Of a DNA stretch of 36,531 bases, positions 26,847-36,052 are shown in pieces. Each line of letters starts with the position of its first letter. Position 1 is the first letter of the stretch. Source of the DNA: Acutalibacteraceae bacterium (GTDB lineage Bacteria > Bacillota > Clostridia > Oscillospirales > Acutalibacteraceae); contig JAZULW010000080.1 in NCBI GenBank assembly GCA_045603285.1, positions 1-36,531 of the forward strand. Reading direction: 5' to 3'. The position numbers and the translations under genes were made by a program. The notes under the pieces were generated by a model that worked only from the letters and a program-made list of their open reading frames with translations, was not told the DNA's origin and did not search any database.

Positions 26847-27733
26847 CACACAATTCCTCCTATCAAACCGTGTTGTTCCAAACACGTTCGCATAACGTCG
26901 GGCAATTCACTTTCAAACATAAGGGGTTTTCCGCTGGTAGGATGGTCAAACCGCATCGATGCACAATGCAACGCGTGGCGCGGCATAACCGTGTTGTCTG
27001 TGCCGTACATCGTATCCCCCGCAAGCGGATACCCGAGCCACGCCATATGCACCCGAATTTGGTGCGTCCGCCCCGTTTCCAGACGCAACCGCACAAGCGT
27101 TACCTCGCCGTCGGTTGCCAATGCTTCGTAATGCGTGCGGCTTTCTTTTCCGCCTTCCCCCACCTCACGCGTGATGCACGACCCCTCACGCACACGGATG
27201 GGTTGGTCGATCACGCCGCTTCCGTGCAACTCGCCCAACACAATGGCCAAATATTCTTTTTGCGGTTTTTGCATCAACGCAAAGGCCACATGGGCGTTTT
27301 TCGCCGCAAGCAACAAACCGCTTGTATTACGGTCAAGACGGTTAACAGGGCGAAACGAAAGCGGTGTGCCTTGCCGTTCATAATACCCTACCACTGCATT
27401 GGCAAGGGTCGGTTCCGGTTTTCCGGCAGAAGGATGTACCGCAAGATACGGCGGTTTATCAATCACCAACACCGCCTCGTCCTCGTACACCACACAAAGC
27501 GGCAAGTCGATGCCCTCAATGTGCACCTCATCACACGGCGGGCATAACACCAGCGTTTCTCCCGCAAAAAGACGGTCAATGGTGCGTCGGCGCTCGCCGT
27601 TCACGGTGATACCGTCCTCTTTAAATTTGAGGCGCACCACCATACGAGCCGACATACCAAGCCCACGGCGCAAAAACGTTTGCACGGTTGTCCCGTCGTA
27701 TTCCGCCGACACGGTATACACCCACCGTTCCAT
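26846..27733 (-). CDS. RluA-family 23S rRNA pseudouridine synthase (RluD-like, with S4 domain)
   Basis: 295 aa with an S4-like N-terminus, the catalytic motif NRLDRNTSGLLLAAK and HQIRVHMAWLGYPLAGDTMYG. Confidence 0.9.
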   Translation of the reverse strand: MERWVYTVSAEYDGTTVQTFLRRGLGMSARMVVRLKFKEDGITVNGERRRTIDRLFAGETLVLCPPCDEVHIEGIDLPLCVVYEDEAVLVIDKPPYLAVHPSAGKPEPTLANAVVGYYERQGTPLSFRPVNRLDRNTSGLLLAAKNAHVAFALMQKPQKEYLAIVLGELHGSGVIDQPIRVREGSCITREVGEGGKESRTHYEALATDGEVTLVRLRLETGRTHQIRVHMAWLGYPLAGDTMYGTDNTVMPRHALHCASMRFDHPTSGKPLMFESELPDVMRTCLEQHGLIGGIV

Positions 27734-27862
27734 TGTTTCACCCCATTTTCTGCGCTCATTATAGTGGATTTCCCCGAAAAAAGCAAGTTTTACAAAAGTT
27801 CTTGTAATTTTGATAAAATCTGTTAAAATAGAGTCTGTATTATGGTAAGGAGGTCCGCCTCA

Positions 27863-29803
27863 ATGGAAAATAAAAAATTTTACATCACCACCGCCATTGC
27901 TTACACCTCGCGCAAACCGCACATCGGCAACGCGTACGATATCGTGCTGGCCGATATGATCGCGCGGTACAAGCGAATGCAAGGGTTTGATGTTCACTTT
28001 TTAACGGGATCTGACGAACACGGCCAAAAAATTCAGGAAGCCGCACAAGAAAAAGGTATTTCGCCCAAAGAATACGTGGATGCCGTGTCGGACGAGATTA
28101 AAATGGTGTGGGACAAAGTGGGTGCCTCGCACAACCGTTTTATCCGCACCACCGATGCCGACCACGAAGCCGCTGTCAGTGCGATTTTTAAAAAGTTGTA
28201 CGAACAAGGCGACATTTACAAGAGCGAATACGAAGGCAAGTACTGCGTGCCGTGCGAATCGTTTTTCACGCCTTCGCAACTGGTAGACGGCAAATGCCCC
28301 GATTGCGGGCGCGAGGTGACCGACGCAAAAGAAGAAGCGTATTTTCTCCGTTTGTCGAAATATCAAGACCGTTTGATCGAATATTACGAACAACACCCCG
28401 AATTTATCCAACCCGAATCGCGCCGCAACGAGATGATGAACAACTTCCTCAAGAAGGGGTTATCCGATCTGTGCGTGTCCCGTTCGTCGTTCAGTTGGGG
28501 TGTGCCCGTAGAGTTTGATGACAAACACGTCATCTACGTTTGGATCGACGCACTTTCCAACTACATCACGGGTTTGGGCTATCATCCCGACGGTAACAAC
28601 GGCGAATTGTTTGACAAATATTGGCCCGCTGACCTGCACGTCATCGGCAAAGACATCGTGCGTTTCCACACCATCTATTGGCCCATCATTTTGATGGCAC
28701 TCGGTCTGCCGTTGCCCAAACAAGTGCTCGGCCATCCGTGGGTGTTATCGGGCGAGGATAAAATGAGCAAATCCAAAGGCAACGTGTTGTATGCCGACGA
28801 ATTGGCCGACCGTTTCGGCAAAGATGCCGTGCGGTACTACCTGTTGTCGGAAATCCCGTTTGCACAAGACGGCACCATCACGTACGAGATGTTTATCAAC
28901 CGCTACAACGCCGATTTGGCAAACACGCTGGGTAACCTGATCAACCGCAGCATTGCGATGACCAACAAGTATTTTGGCGGCACCGTGCGCAAAACGGCCA
29001 TTACCGGCAGCGAGTTTGACGGTGAACTTATCACCGCCGCCGCGGATATGGTGAAGCGCTACACCGCGCTGATGGACACGTGGCACAACGCCGAGGCGGT
29101 AGACGCGGTGATGGCCTTTGCCAAACGTTGCAACAAATATATTGACGAAACCGCCCCCTGGGCCATGGCCAAAAACGAGGCTGACCGCGACAGGCTGGAA
29201 ACGGTGCTTTACAATCTGCTTGAAAGCATCCGTTTGCTCATCGCTTGCCTCTCGCCCATTCTTCCCGACACAACAGCCGCGGTGCTCACGCAAATGGGCT
29301 TGTCCAACCAAGCCATCGCGTTTGATTCGCTTGCCTTCGGCAAGACCGATGCCTTTACGGTAGGGACTCCTTCCCCGTTGTTTGCACGCATTGATCTCGA
29401 AAAAACGCTTGCGGAAATTGCGGCAGAACAAGAAACCAAAACACAAGAACAAGCGCAGCCCGAAGGCGTTGCCTTCTTGGACGAGATCACCATTGACACG
29501 TTTGCCGCCATAGATTTGCGCGTGGCCAAAATTGTGGACTGCGAGCCGATCAAAAAGGCGAAAAAGTTGTTAAAACTCACGTTGGATGACGGCAGCGGAA
29601 CCCTGCGCACGGTGGCTTCGGGCATTGCGCTTTGGTACACACCCGAAGAACTGAAAGGCCGTTCGGTCATGGTGGTAGCGAACCTGAAACCCGCCGTTCT
29701 GTGCGGTGTGGAAAGCCGCGGTATGATTTTGGCAGCGGATGACGGCGACGCAGCCAAAGTCCTCTTCGTGGACGGTTTAAAACCCGGAAGCAAAGTACGA
29801 TAA
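27863..29803 (+). CDS. metG: Methionine--tRNA ligase with a C-terminal tRNA-binding (EMAP/Trbp111-like) domain
   Basis: I place the start at ATG 27863 (MENKKFYITTAIAYTSRKPHIGNAY), preceded by AAGGAGG. The zinc knuckle CVPCESF...CPDCG and KMSKS are present, and the C-terminal OB fold reads DLRVAKIVDCEPIKKAKKLLKL. Confidence 0.95.
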   Translation: MENKKFYITTAIAYTSRKPHIGNAYDIVLADMIARYKRMQGFDVHFLTGSDEHGQKIQEAAQEKGISPKEYVDAVSDEIKMVWDKVGASHNRFIRTTDADHEAAVSAIFKKLYEQGDIYKSEYEGKYCVPCESFFTPSQLVDGKCPDCGREVTDAKEEAYFLRLSKYQDRLIEYYEQHPEFIQPESRRNEMMNNFLKKGLSDLCVSRSSFSWGVPVEFDDKHVIYVWIDALSNYITGLGYHPDGNNGELFDKYWPADLHVIGKDIVRFHTIYWPIILMALGLPLPKQVLGHPWVLSGEDKMSKSKGNVLYADELADRFGKDAVRYYLLSEIPFAQDGTITYEMFINRYNADLANTLGNLINRSIAMTNKYFGGTVRKTAITGSEFDGELITAAADMVKRYTALMDTWHNAEAVDAVMAFAKRCNKYIDETAPWAMAKNEADRDRLETVLYNLLESIRLLIACLSPILPDTTAAVLTQMGLSNQAIAFDSLAFGKTDAFTVGTPSPLFARIDLEKTLAEIAAEQETKTQEQAQPEGVAFLDEITIDTFAAIDLRVAKIVDCEPIKKAKKLLKLTLDDGSGTLRTVASGIALWYTPEELKGRSVMVVANLKPAVLCGVESRGMILAADDGDAAKVLFVDGLKPGSKVR

Positions 29804-29810
29804 TACGGAT

Positions 29811-29841
29811 AAAGAGGGCACGCTCCCGTGCCCTCTTTTTT
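29811..29841 (+). terminator. Intrinsic terminator after metG
   Basis: Stem AGAGGGCACG/CGTGCCCTCT with loop CTCC, followed by TTTTTT. Confidence 0.85.
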
Positions 29842-29853
29842 GTGAGGTAACCT

Positions 29854-30612
29854 ATGATTTTTGATTCACACGCCCATTATTTAAGCAGTGCCTTTGATGA
29901 AGACCGCGAGGTGCTGCTCTCACATTTATTTCAAACCACCATATGCGGCATCATCGAGGGGGGCACCACGGTTGCCGATTCTCGCAAGGCGTTGACACTG
30001 GCCGAACAATATCCGTCGTTATGGGCGGCGGTGGGCATCCATCCGCAGGAAATACGCGATTTTTCCGAAACGGATATCGACGAATTACGCATACTTTCGA
30101 CCCATCCAAAGGCGGTTGCCATCGGAGAGATTGGGTTGGATTATCATTACAACGACGGCCCCTCACGTGAGATACAACACCGCGTATTCCGCGAACAGTT
30201 GGCGTTGGCCAAAGACGTATCGTTGCCCGTTGTGATTCACGACCGCGACGCGCACGAGGATACGCTGTCCCTTTTAAAACAATTCCGTCCTATCGGGGTG
30301 GTGCATTGTTTCTCAGGCAGTGTGGAAATGGCACGCGAGATCGTAAAGTTGGGAATGTACATCGGCATCGGCGGTGTGGTAACGTTTAAAAATGCGCGCA
30401 AGTTGGTAGAAGTGGCCAAAGAGTTGCCGCTTGACCGCTTGCTACTTGAAACCGATGCCCCCTACCTCGCCCCCGTGCCCTTGCGCGGAGAACGGTGTGA
30501 CTCTTCCATGATCCTGCACACTGCCGCTACCCTTGCTGCTCTACGCGGTTTGACCACACAGGAGATCCTGTCCGTTGCCGAAGAAAACGCGCGCCGTTTA
30601 TTTGCGTTGTAA
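29854..30612 (+). CDS. tatD: TatD-family metal-dependent hydrolase (YabD-like)
   Basis: 252 aa starting MIFDSHAHY, with EIGLDYHY, HDRDAHEDT, VHCFSG and ETDAPYLAP. It shows the classic Firmicute metG-yabD adjacency. Confidence 0.9.
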   Translation: MIFDSHAHYLSSAFDEDREVLLSHLFQTTICGIIEGGTTVADSRKALTLAEQYPSLWAAVGIHPQEIRDFSETDIDELRILSTHPKAVAIGEIGLDYHYNDGPSREIQHRVFREQLALAKDVSLPVVIHDRDAHEDTLSLLKQFRPIGVVHCFSGSVEMAREIVKLGMYIGIGGVVTFKNARKLVEVAKELPLDRLLLETDAPYLAPVPLRGERCDSSMILHTAATLAALRGLTTQEILSVAEENARRLFAL

Positions 30613-30623
30613 AAAATTTCCCA

Positions 30624-30651
30624 AAACCCCTTGACAACCGGCAAGGGGTTT
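30624..30651 (+). terminator. Hairpin after tatD (weak U-tract) that overlaps the next promoter
   Basis: A 10-bp stem AAACCCCTTG/CAAGGGGTTT with an 8-nt loop, followed by GTTAT. The loop and 5' arm contain the -35 box of the GntR-ABC promoter. Confidence 0.45.
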
Positions 30652-30659
30652 GTTATGAT
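30631..30659 (+). promoter_or_regulatory. Promoter of the GntR-ABC operon (TTGACA-17-TATGAT)
   Basis: -35 TTGACA is at 30631-30636 and -10 TATGAT is at 30654-30659. Confidence 0.6.
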
Positions 30660-30660
30660 A

Positions 30661-30689
30661 TAGGTGTACTACTCGCAATAGTACACCTA
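30661..30689. promoter_or_regulatory. Perfect 11-bp inverted repeat TAGGTGTACTA-N7-TAGTACACCTA: candidate YtrA/GntR operator
   Basis: It lies immediately downstream of the -10 box and overlaps the predicted TSS. It contains the GT..AC core typical of GntR-family operators. The cognate regulator gene starts 32 nt downstream. Confidence 0.6.
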
Positions 30690-30720
30690 TCACAGTCATT
30701 TTTCCGAAAGGAGGTACGGT

Positions 30721-31104
30721 ATGTTTCGTATTGATCCCCTGTCGCGCCAACCGGTGTATGAACAACTCATCGACCAGCTCGAACGCCTGGTATTGCTTGA
30801 TCTGCTTTTAGCAGATTCGCAGTTGCCGTCGGTACGCAGTTTGTCGTTGGAACTCTCTATCAATCCCAACACCATTCAAAAGGCCTATTCCGAACTGGAT
30901 AACCGCGGTATCATTTATTCGGTTCCGGGCATCGGTTGCTTTGTTTCACAAAGTGCCAAAACAATACTTACGGAATTGAAGCGCAAAAAGTTGACGAACT
31001 TGCAAGCGCTTGCATCCGAATTGGCCATGGCAGGCATACCCAAAGAGGAAATTCTCGACTGTATTGAAACTGCTTATTCCAAAGGAGGGACATCTTGTGA
31101 TTAA
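30721..31104 (+). CDS. GntR-family transcriptional regulator, YtrA subfamily (short C-terminus)
   Basis: 127 aa with winged HTH PVYEQLIDQLERLVLLDLLLADSQLPSVRSLSLELSINPNTIQKAYSELDNRGIIYSVPGIGCFV and only about 50 aa of C-terminal helices. An AAGGAGG SD is present. Confidence 0.9.
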   Translation: MFRIDPLSRQPVYEQLIDQLERLVLLDLLLADSQLPSVRSLSLELSINPNTIQKAYSELDNRGIIYSVPGIGCFVSQSAKTILTELKRKKLTNLQALASELAMAGIPKEEILDCIETAYSKGGTSCD

Positions 31105-31996
31105 CGCGCAAAACCTAACCAAACGGTTTGACGATTTTGTCGCCCTCGATCATCTAACCTGCACCATCCCCCAAGGCTGTATCTACGGTATGGTGGGCTC
31201 CAACGGTGCAGGCAAATCCACCTTTTTGCGTATTCTCACCGGCGTATACCGCGCGGAAGAAGGCACGGTGGAGATCGACGGTGCTCCCGTATACGAAAAT
31301 CCCGCTGTAAAACAAACCATCGCCTACGTGCCGGACACGTTGTATTTTTTGGCCGGAGCCACGATGGAACGCATGGCGTATCTATATCGCGCCATTCATC
31401 CCGATTTCGATTTTGAACGCTTTTATAAGCTGACGAAATCGTTCGGTTTGAACCCCAAAAAGCCCGTAAACACCTTTTCCAAAGGTATGAAACGACAGGC
31501 CGCCACCATTTTGGCACTTTCGGCAAAACCGCAATACATTTTCTTTGACGAAACGTTTGACGGGCTGGACCCCGTGATGCGTACCGTGGTGAAAAACCTC
31601 ATTTGTGAAGACGTGTTGGAGAGGCAAGCCACCGCCATCATCACCTCTCACTCCTTGCGTGAACTGGAAGACACGTGTGATCAACTGGCCTTGTTGCACA
31701 AAGGCGGTTTGGTGTTGGAAAGTGACGTGCAGAACTTGAAAACATCCTTATTCAAGGTGCAAATCGCCTTTACACACGAATTTTCCCAAACCGATTTTGA
31801 AGGCATCGAGATGTTGCAATTTACCAAACGCGGCTCGGTTGCCAACCTCATTGTGCGCGGTGACCGTGACGAAACGGTGGCTCGCCTGCAGGCAATGGCT
31901 CCCGTTTTGTTGGATGTGCTGCCTTTGTCGTTGGAAGAAGTGTTCACCTATGAGATGGAAGCCCTCGGCTATACATCCGACGTGTTGGAGGTGTAA
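31097..31996 (+). CDS. ABC transporter ATP-binding protein (ABC-2 type)
   Basis: GTG start 31097 (VINAQNLTKRFDDF...) lies 6 nt after AAAGGAGGGA and overlaps the GntR stop by 8 nt. Walker A is GSNGAGKST, the degenerate signature is FSKGMKRQ and Walker B is IFFDETFDGLD. The track ORF start at 31010 lies inside the GntR gene. Confidence 0.9.
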   Translation: MINAQNLTKRFDDFVALDHLTCTIPQGCIYGMVGSNGAGKSTFLRILTGVYRAEEGTVEIDGAPVYENPAVKQTIAYVPDTLYFLAGATMERMAYLYRAIHPDFDFERFYKLTKSFGLNPKKPVNTFSKGMKRQAATILALSAKPQYIFFDETFDGLDPVMRTVVKNLICEDVLERQATAIITSHSLRELEDTCDQLALLHKGGLVLESDVQNLKTSLFKVQIAFTHEFSQTDFEGIEMLQFTKRGSVANLIVRGDRDETVARLQAMAPVLLDVLPLSLEEVFTYEMEALGYTSDVLEV

Positions 31997-31999
31997 CAA

Positions 32000-34156
32000 A
32001 TGAAAAAAACGTGGTTTGACGTTCGTTTATACGTCGACGGACTGAAACAACTGAAATTGATGGGTATTTTGTTTACCCTTGTCACCTCGGTGGTGGCGGT
32101 AGCGATCCCCGTGATGGAACAATTGGACTACCTTTCCTATCGCGCCGACGACTATATCCCCACACCGGATACGGTGGACGCTTGGCAAATGAACCCCCTC
32201 ATCATCTTGCTGTTTTGCGTGTTCGCGCCCTTGATGACGCTGTATCTCTTTTCCTTTTTAAATAAGCGGGAATCGTCAGATTTTTATCACGCCATTCCTG
32301 CCACGCGGCAATGCCTGTTTTTCAGTTTCTTTGCCGCGGTAATGACGTGGTTGCTCGGCATTTTGGTTGTTTCCAATGCAGCGGCGGTCATCACTTACGG
32401 TCTCTTACCCCACCTTTTTCTCCTTAACCTTACCAGCGTTTTCCTCACCGCCTTCACTTGCCTAGCGGGTGCGTGGTTTGTGGCTGCCTGTGTGGCCATT
32501 GCCACCGCTATCAGCGGCACCGTTGTGGTAAACTTACTGATCGCGCTCATTCTCATTTTCTTCCCCCGTGTTCTTTTGTTAATGACCGTTGCCAATATCC
32601 AAAGCGTATTTCCTTTGGTGCAGGGCGTTGATTTTGTTCCCATTCTCAGCGCCCAATACAACGTGCCGGTCGGATTTGTATTCGGGATCTTCGAAGGATC
32701 GCCCGGCATACCGCTCACGATGTGGCAAAGCGGCGTTTACACATTGGTTATCGCACTGCTTTATACCGCCATCGCGGTGTGGTTGTTTGTGCGCCGCCGC
32801 AGTGAAGCCGCCGGTCACTCCGCGCCCAGCAAAAAATTGCAAGGGTTCTTCCGTTTTTTGGTGGGCTTTGTGATCAGTTCGGTTGCCACCTTTGGGTTAT
32901 CCTCTTTGCTCACCGACCCGCATTATACTTGGAGTTTGGCGGATATCGGCAGCTTCGTGTTGGTATACGGCGCGGCCATTTTTGCCTTCCTCGTGTTCGA
33001 AGTGTTCTGCACACGCAAGTTCCGCGGTCTTCTCCGCAAAGGTGCCTCAACACTGCTGTTGTTGGTGATTGCCAACGTGGCTCTACTCGGCAGTATGTAC
33101 GGCATTGGACGCACGTTGTTTCTCTACACCCCCGATGCCGATGATATTGAATCGGTGCGCATCGTCAGCGGGATCAACAGCAACTATACCTATCGCGGTG
33201 GTTCCCAAGAATATTTCTCCTCGCAAGCATCTCAACTGGAAATTGACGACCCCGAAATCAAAGAACTCGTCGCAAAGCAACTGAAACACACGGTGGGGCT
33301 GTTGGAAATCTCGCAACGCCGTTATTATGAGGAAGGGCAAAATGCTCAATACCTGACGGTTGCCATTGACAGTGGTGTTATCACCCGTTATCGCCGCATT
33401 TACGTTTACAAAGAAGACGTTGAGGCACTTTCCGATCGTCTATATGCGCAACCGGAATACCGCGAGATCTACACCACCTTGCCCGAAAGCATTTCCAGCA
33501 TTGATCTGGAAAGTGACAAGTCTATGTGGATGCATTTTACGACAGATGAAGAATTGAACGACTTGTACGCTCTGGTAAAGAAAGAGTTTGCCGCCTTAGA
33601 TTTTGAAACGCAGTATCAACTTGCCTCCAACTTGTACGGTGACACCGCGCCGCTTTCGACCTTATACATTCGGTTCTCCAAAGGCGGACAGTGGTATTAT
33701 TTCAATTTGCCTGTCTATCAACGTATAATGCCGAAAACGGCCGATCAATTGATCAAACTGACCAACCGTTGTACCAATGCCGCCGACGGATTAAAGGTAT
33801 TGGCCGAAGAAGCCTATGACCTGAATTGGTTGGAACTGCAATACTACAAAAACGGAACCGCCTCGAGCAACCACTATTATTGGGAATTGCAGAAAGATGC
33901 GGCATTACAAGCGCAAGTGGCCAACTGGTTAAAAACACTTCACTTGGCAAACGCCACCGAAAACGTGGATACGAGCAAGGTGTTCTTCTATCTTCGCGGC
34001 TCACTCCACCGCGAAGAAGACGACGGACGTGATCATTATTTCTATACGGAAGAAAACTATTGCTTTGCCGCCGACCCGAGCGGTGAAATGCCCACTTGGC
34101 TTGTCGAGTACTTGGCAGCGCAATCTGATATCCCTGCATCCGATGTCATCGTGTAA
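32000..34156 (+). CDS. Membrane subunit of the YtrA-linked ABC system: about 9-TM N-terminal ABC-2-like permease region plus an unassigned C-terminal domain of about 350 aa
   Basis: 718 aa. Residues 1-370 are hydrophobic and include the ABC-2-permease-like SDFYHAIPATR motif. Residues 372-718 are hydrophilic, rich in Tyr, Glu and Leu, and unrecognised. GGAGGTG lies 6 nt upstream and the gene starts 3 nt after the ATPase stop. Confidence 0.8.
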   Translation: MKKTWFDVRLYVDGLKQLKLMGILFTLVTSVVAVAIPVMEQLDYLSYRADDYIPTPDTVDAWQMNPLIILLFCVFAPLMTLYLFSFLNKRESSDFYHAIPATRQCLFFSFFAAVMTWLLGILVVSNAAAVITYGLLPHLFLLNLTSVFLTAFTCLAGAWFVAACVAIATAISGTVVVNLLIALILIFFPRVLLLMTVANIQSVFPLVQGVDFVPILSAQYNVPVGFVFGIFEGSPGIPLTMWQSGVYTLVIALLYTAIAVWLFVRRRSEAAGHSAPSKKLQGFFRFLVGFVISSVATFGLSSLLTDPHYTWSLADIGSFVLVYGAAIFAFLVFEVFCTRKFRGLLRKGASTLLLLVIANVALLGSMYGIGRTLFLYTPDADDIESVRIVSGINSNYTYRGGSQEYFSSQASQLEIDDPEIKELVAKQLKHTVGLLEISQRRYYEEGQNAQYLTVAIDSGVITRYRRIYVYKEDVEALSDRLYAQPEYREIYTTLPESISSIDLESDKSMWMHFTTDEELNDLYALVKKEFAALDFETQYQLASNLYGDTAPLSTLYIRFSKGGQWYYFNLPVYQRIMPKTADQLIKLTNRCTNAADGLKVLAEEAYDLNWLELQYYKNGTASSNHYYWELQKDAALQAQVANWLKTLHLANATENVDTSKVFFYLRGSLHREEDDGRDHYFYTEENYCFAADPSGEMPTWLVEYLAAQSDIPASDVIV

Positions 34157-34186
34157 ATTCCCCCTCATTTTTGTATTTCTCTCCCC

Positions 34187-34221
34187 GACAAAGCCCGTGC
34201 GCAAAGTGCACGGGCTTTGTC
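34187..34221 (+). terminator. Perfect 14-bp hairpin after the ABC operon (no U-tract)
   Basis: Stem GACAAAGCCCGTGC/GCACGGGCTTTGTC with a 7-nt loop. It is followed by ACATTG rather than a T-run, so it may be a U-tract-less terminator or an RNA-stability element. Confidence 0.45.
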
Positions 34222-34243
34222 ACATTGTGGGGAACAACCGCTC

Positions 34244-34272
34244 TTGATTTTATGCCAAACATTGGTTATAAT
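34244..34272 (+). promoter_or_regulatory. Promoter of the phosphoglucomutase gene (TTGATT-17-TATAAT)
   Basis: -35 is at 34244-34249 and -10 TATAAT is at 34267-34272. Confidence 0.65.
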
Positions 34273-34299
34273 GGAAGAAGAAATCAAAGGAGGTTGCTT

Positions 34300-36012
34300 A
34301 TGAGTGTTTTAGAATTGTATGACCGTTGGGTGCAAAAAGCGGTGGATGATGCCGACCTGCAAGCAGAACTTGCACAAATAAACGGCAATGACGATGACAT
34401 ATACGATCGGTTTTATCGCGAACTGGAATTTGGCACTGCCGGTCTGCGCGGCATCATCGGTGCGGGCGATAACCGTATGAACATTTATACCGTGCGCAAA
34501 GCCACCCAAGGTTTGGCCGATTATCTGAATACCCGTTACACTTCGGCACACGTGGCCGTTGCATACGATTCGCGCATTAAGTCAGACCTGTTTGCCAAGG
34601 AAGCCTCCCGTGTGTTGGCCGCGAACGGCATTGCGGTTAGTTTGTATGCCGAGTTGCAACCCGTCCCCTTGCTCTCCTATACCGTGCGCAAACTCTCGTG
34701 CCAAGCGGGCATTATGGTCACGGCCAGCCACAACCCTGCCAAATACAACGGATATAAATGCTACGGTTCCGAAGGTTTCCAAATGACCGACGATGACGCG
34801 AATGCCGTTACCGAGTGTATTCGTCGCATTGATATGTTTGACGGCGTAAAACTGACGGATTTTGACCAAGCGGTAGCAAACGGCACCATCACCCTGCTTG
34901 ATCAAACTCTGGTGGACACGTTTTTGGACGAAGTAGCCAAGCAACAAGTGCATCCCGGCATTTGCCAAAAGGCCGATTTGTCGGTCATTTACACCCCGTT
35001 AAACGGTGCCGGCAACAAGCCCGTCCGCGCGGCGCTTAACCGCATTGGCCTTGAAAAGGTAACCGTTGTTGCCGAACAGGAACTGCCCGACGGTAACTTC
35101 CCCACCGCCCCTTACCCGAACCCCGAAATTGAACAGGCGTTCACGCTTGCCCTTACACTTGCCGAAACGGTAAAGCCGGATCTGCTTCTCGCAACCGACC
35201 CCGACTGTGACCGCGTAGGCATCGCCGTCCCCAACGGTGACCGTTACGTATTGTTCACGGGAAACGAAACGGGGTGTTTGCTGCTCAACTACATTCTTTC
35301 CGGCCTTGCCGAGCAAGGGCGCCTGCCGCAAGATCCTGTCGTGGTCAAAACCATCGTTACTTCCAACCTCGCCACACGCATTGCGGAAAAATACGGATGC
35401 GAAATGCGTGAAGTTCTCACCGGATTTAAGTATATCGGCGAACAGATCGGCTTGCTGGAAGACGGAGGCCACCCCGAACGGTATTTGCTTGGCTTTGAAG
35501 AGAGTTACGGCTATTTGGCCGGCACCCACGCACGCGATAAGGATGCCGTTGTCGCCTCGATGCTGATCTGTGAAATGGCGGCCTATTACAAGAGCAAAGG
35601 ACAGTCGCTCATCGACGTACTGAACGGCTTGTATGCCGAACACGGTGTCTACCGTCACCGCCTGGTGAACGTGCAGTTTGAAGGCGCCCAAGGGATGATT
35701 GCGATGGACAATTTGATGACGCGCCTTCGCAAAGAACCCCCCGTTGCCATTGCGGGGCTTCGTGTAACGGCTCGTACCGATTATCTGCAAAGTGTGCGCA
35801 CCGATTGCGCAAATGGCACTACCACCGTCATTGATCTGCCAAAATCCAACGTACTGTCGTACGAACTGGAAGGCAATGCGGGACTGATCATTCGCCCCTC
35901 GGGAACGGAACCGAAAGTAAAAGGATACGTCACCGCCGCCGAAGCTACGGTGGAAGCCTCTGACGAGGTAGTAGCGCGCTTGTGTGAAGCCGCTAAAGCA
36001 TTGATGAAATAA
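34300..36012 (+). CDS. Alpha-phosphoglucomutase/phosphomannomutase (PgcA-like)
   Basis: I place the start at ATG 34300 (MSVLELYDRWVQ...), preceded by AAAGGAGG. The active-site loop TASHNPAKYNGYK, the metal loop ATDPDCDRVG and GFEESYGY are present. The 43-codon upstream extension overlaps the terminator and promoter. Confidence 0.93.
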   Translation: MSVLELYDRWVQKAVDDADLQAELAQINGNDDDIYDRFYRELEFGTAGLRGIIGAGDNRMNIYTVRKATQGLADYLNTRYTSAHVAVAYDSRIKSDLFAKEASRVLAANGIAVSLYAELQPVPLLSYTVRKLSCQAGIMVTASHNPAKYNGYKCYGSEGFQMTDDDANAVTECIRRIDMFDGVKLTDFDQAVANGTITLLDQTLVDTFLDEVAKQQVHPGICQKADLSVIYTPLNGAGNKPVRAALNRIGLEKVTVVAEQELPDGNFPTAPYPNPEIEQAFTLALTLAETVKPDLLLATDPDCDRVGIAVPNGDRYVLFTGNETGCLLLNYILSGLAEQGRLPQDPVVVKTIVTSNLATRIAEKYGCEMREVLTGFKYIGEQIGLLEDGGHPERYLLGFEESYGYLAGTHARDKDAVVASMLICEMAAYYKSKGQSLIDVLNGLYAEHGVYRHRLVNVQFEGAQGMIAMDNLMTRLRKEPPVAIAGLRVTARTDYLQSVRTDCANGTTTVIDLPKSNVLSYELEGNAGLIIRPSGTEPKVKGYVTAAEATVEASDEVVARLCEAAKALMK

Positions 36013-36052
36013 AAAAAGAAGGTCACTCGACAGTCGAGTGACCTTCTTTTTT
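36012..36052. terminator. Bidirectional intrinsic terminator between the phosphoglucomutase gene and birA
   Basis: Core stem GGTCACTCG/CGAGTGACC, extended by the AAAAAAGAA/TTCTTTTTT arms. Confidence 0.85.

Noticed and set aside
27734-27862. The minus-to-plus strand switch (divergent rluA-family and metG genes) as a possible replication origin, and a possible T-box leader for metG.
   Set aside because: The spacer is only 129 bp, has no dnaA or dnaN nearby and no cluster of TTATCCACA-like boxes (best match ATCCACT, one copy). It is also far too short for a T-box (200-300 nt) and has no terminator or antiterminator. It contains just two back-to-back promoters.
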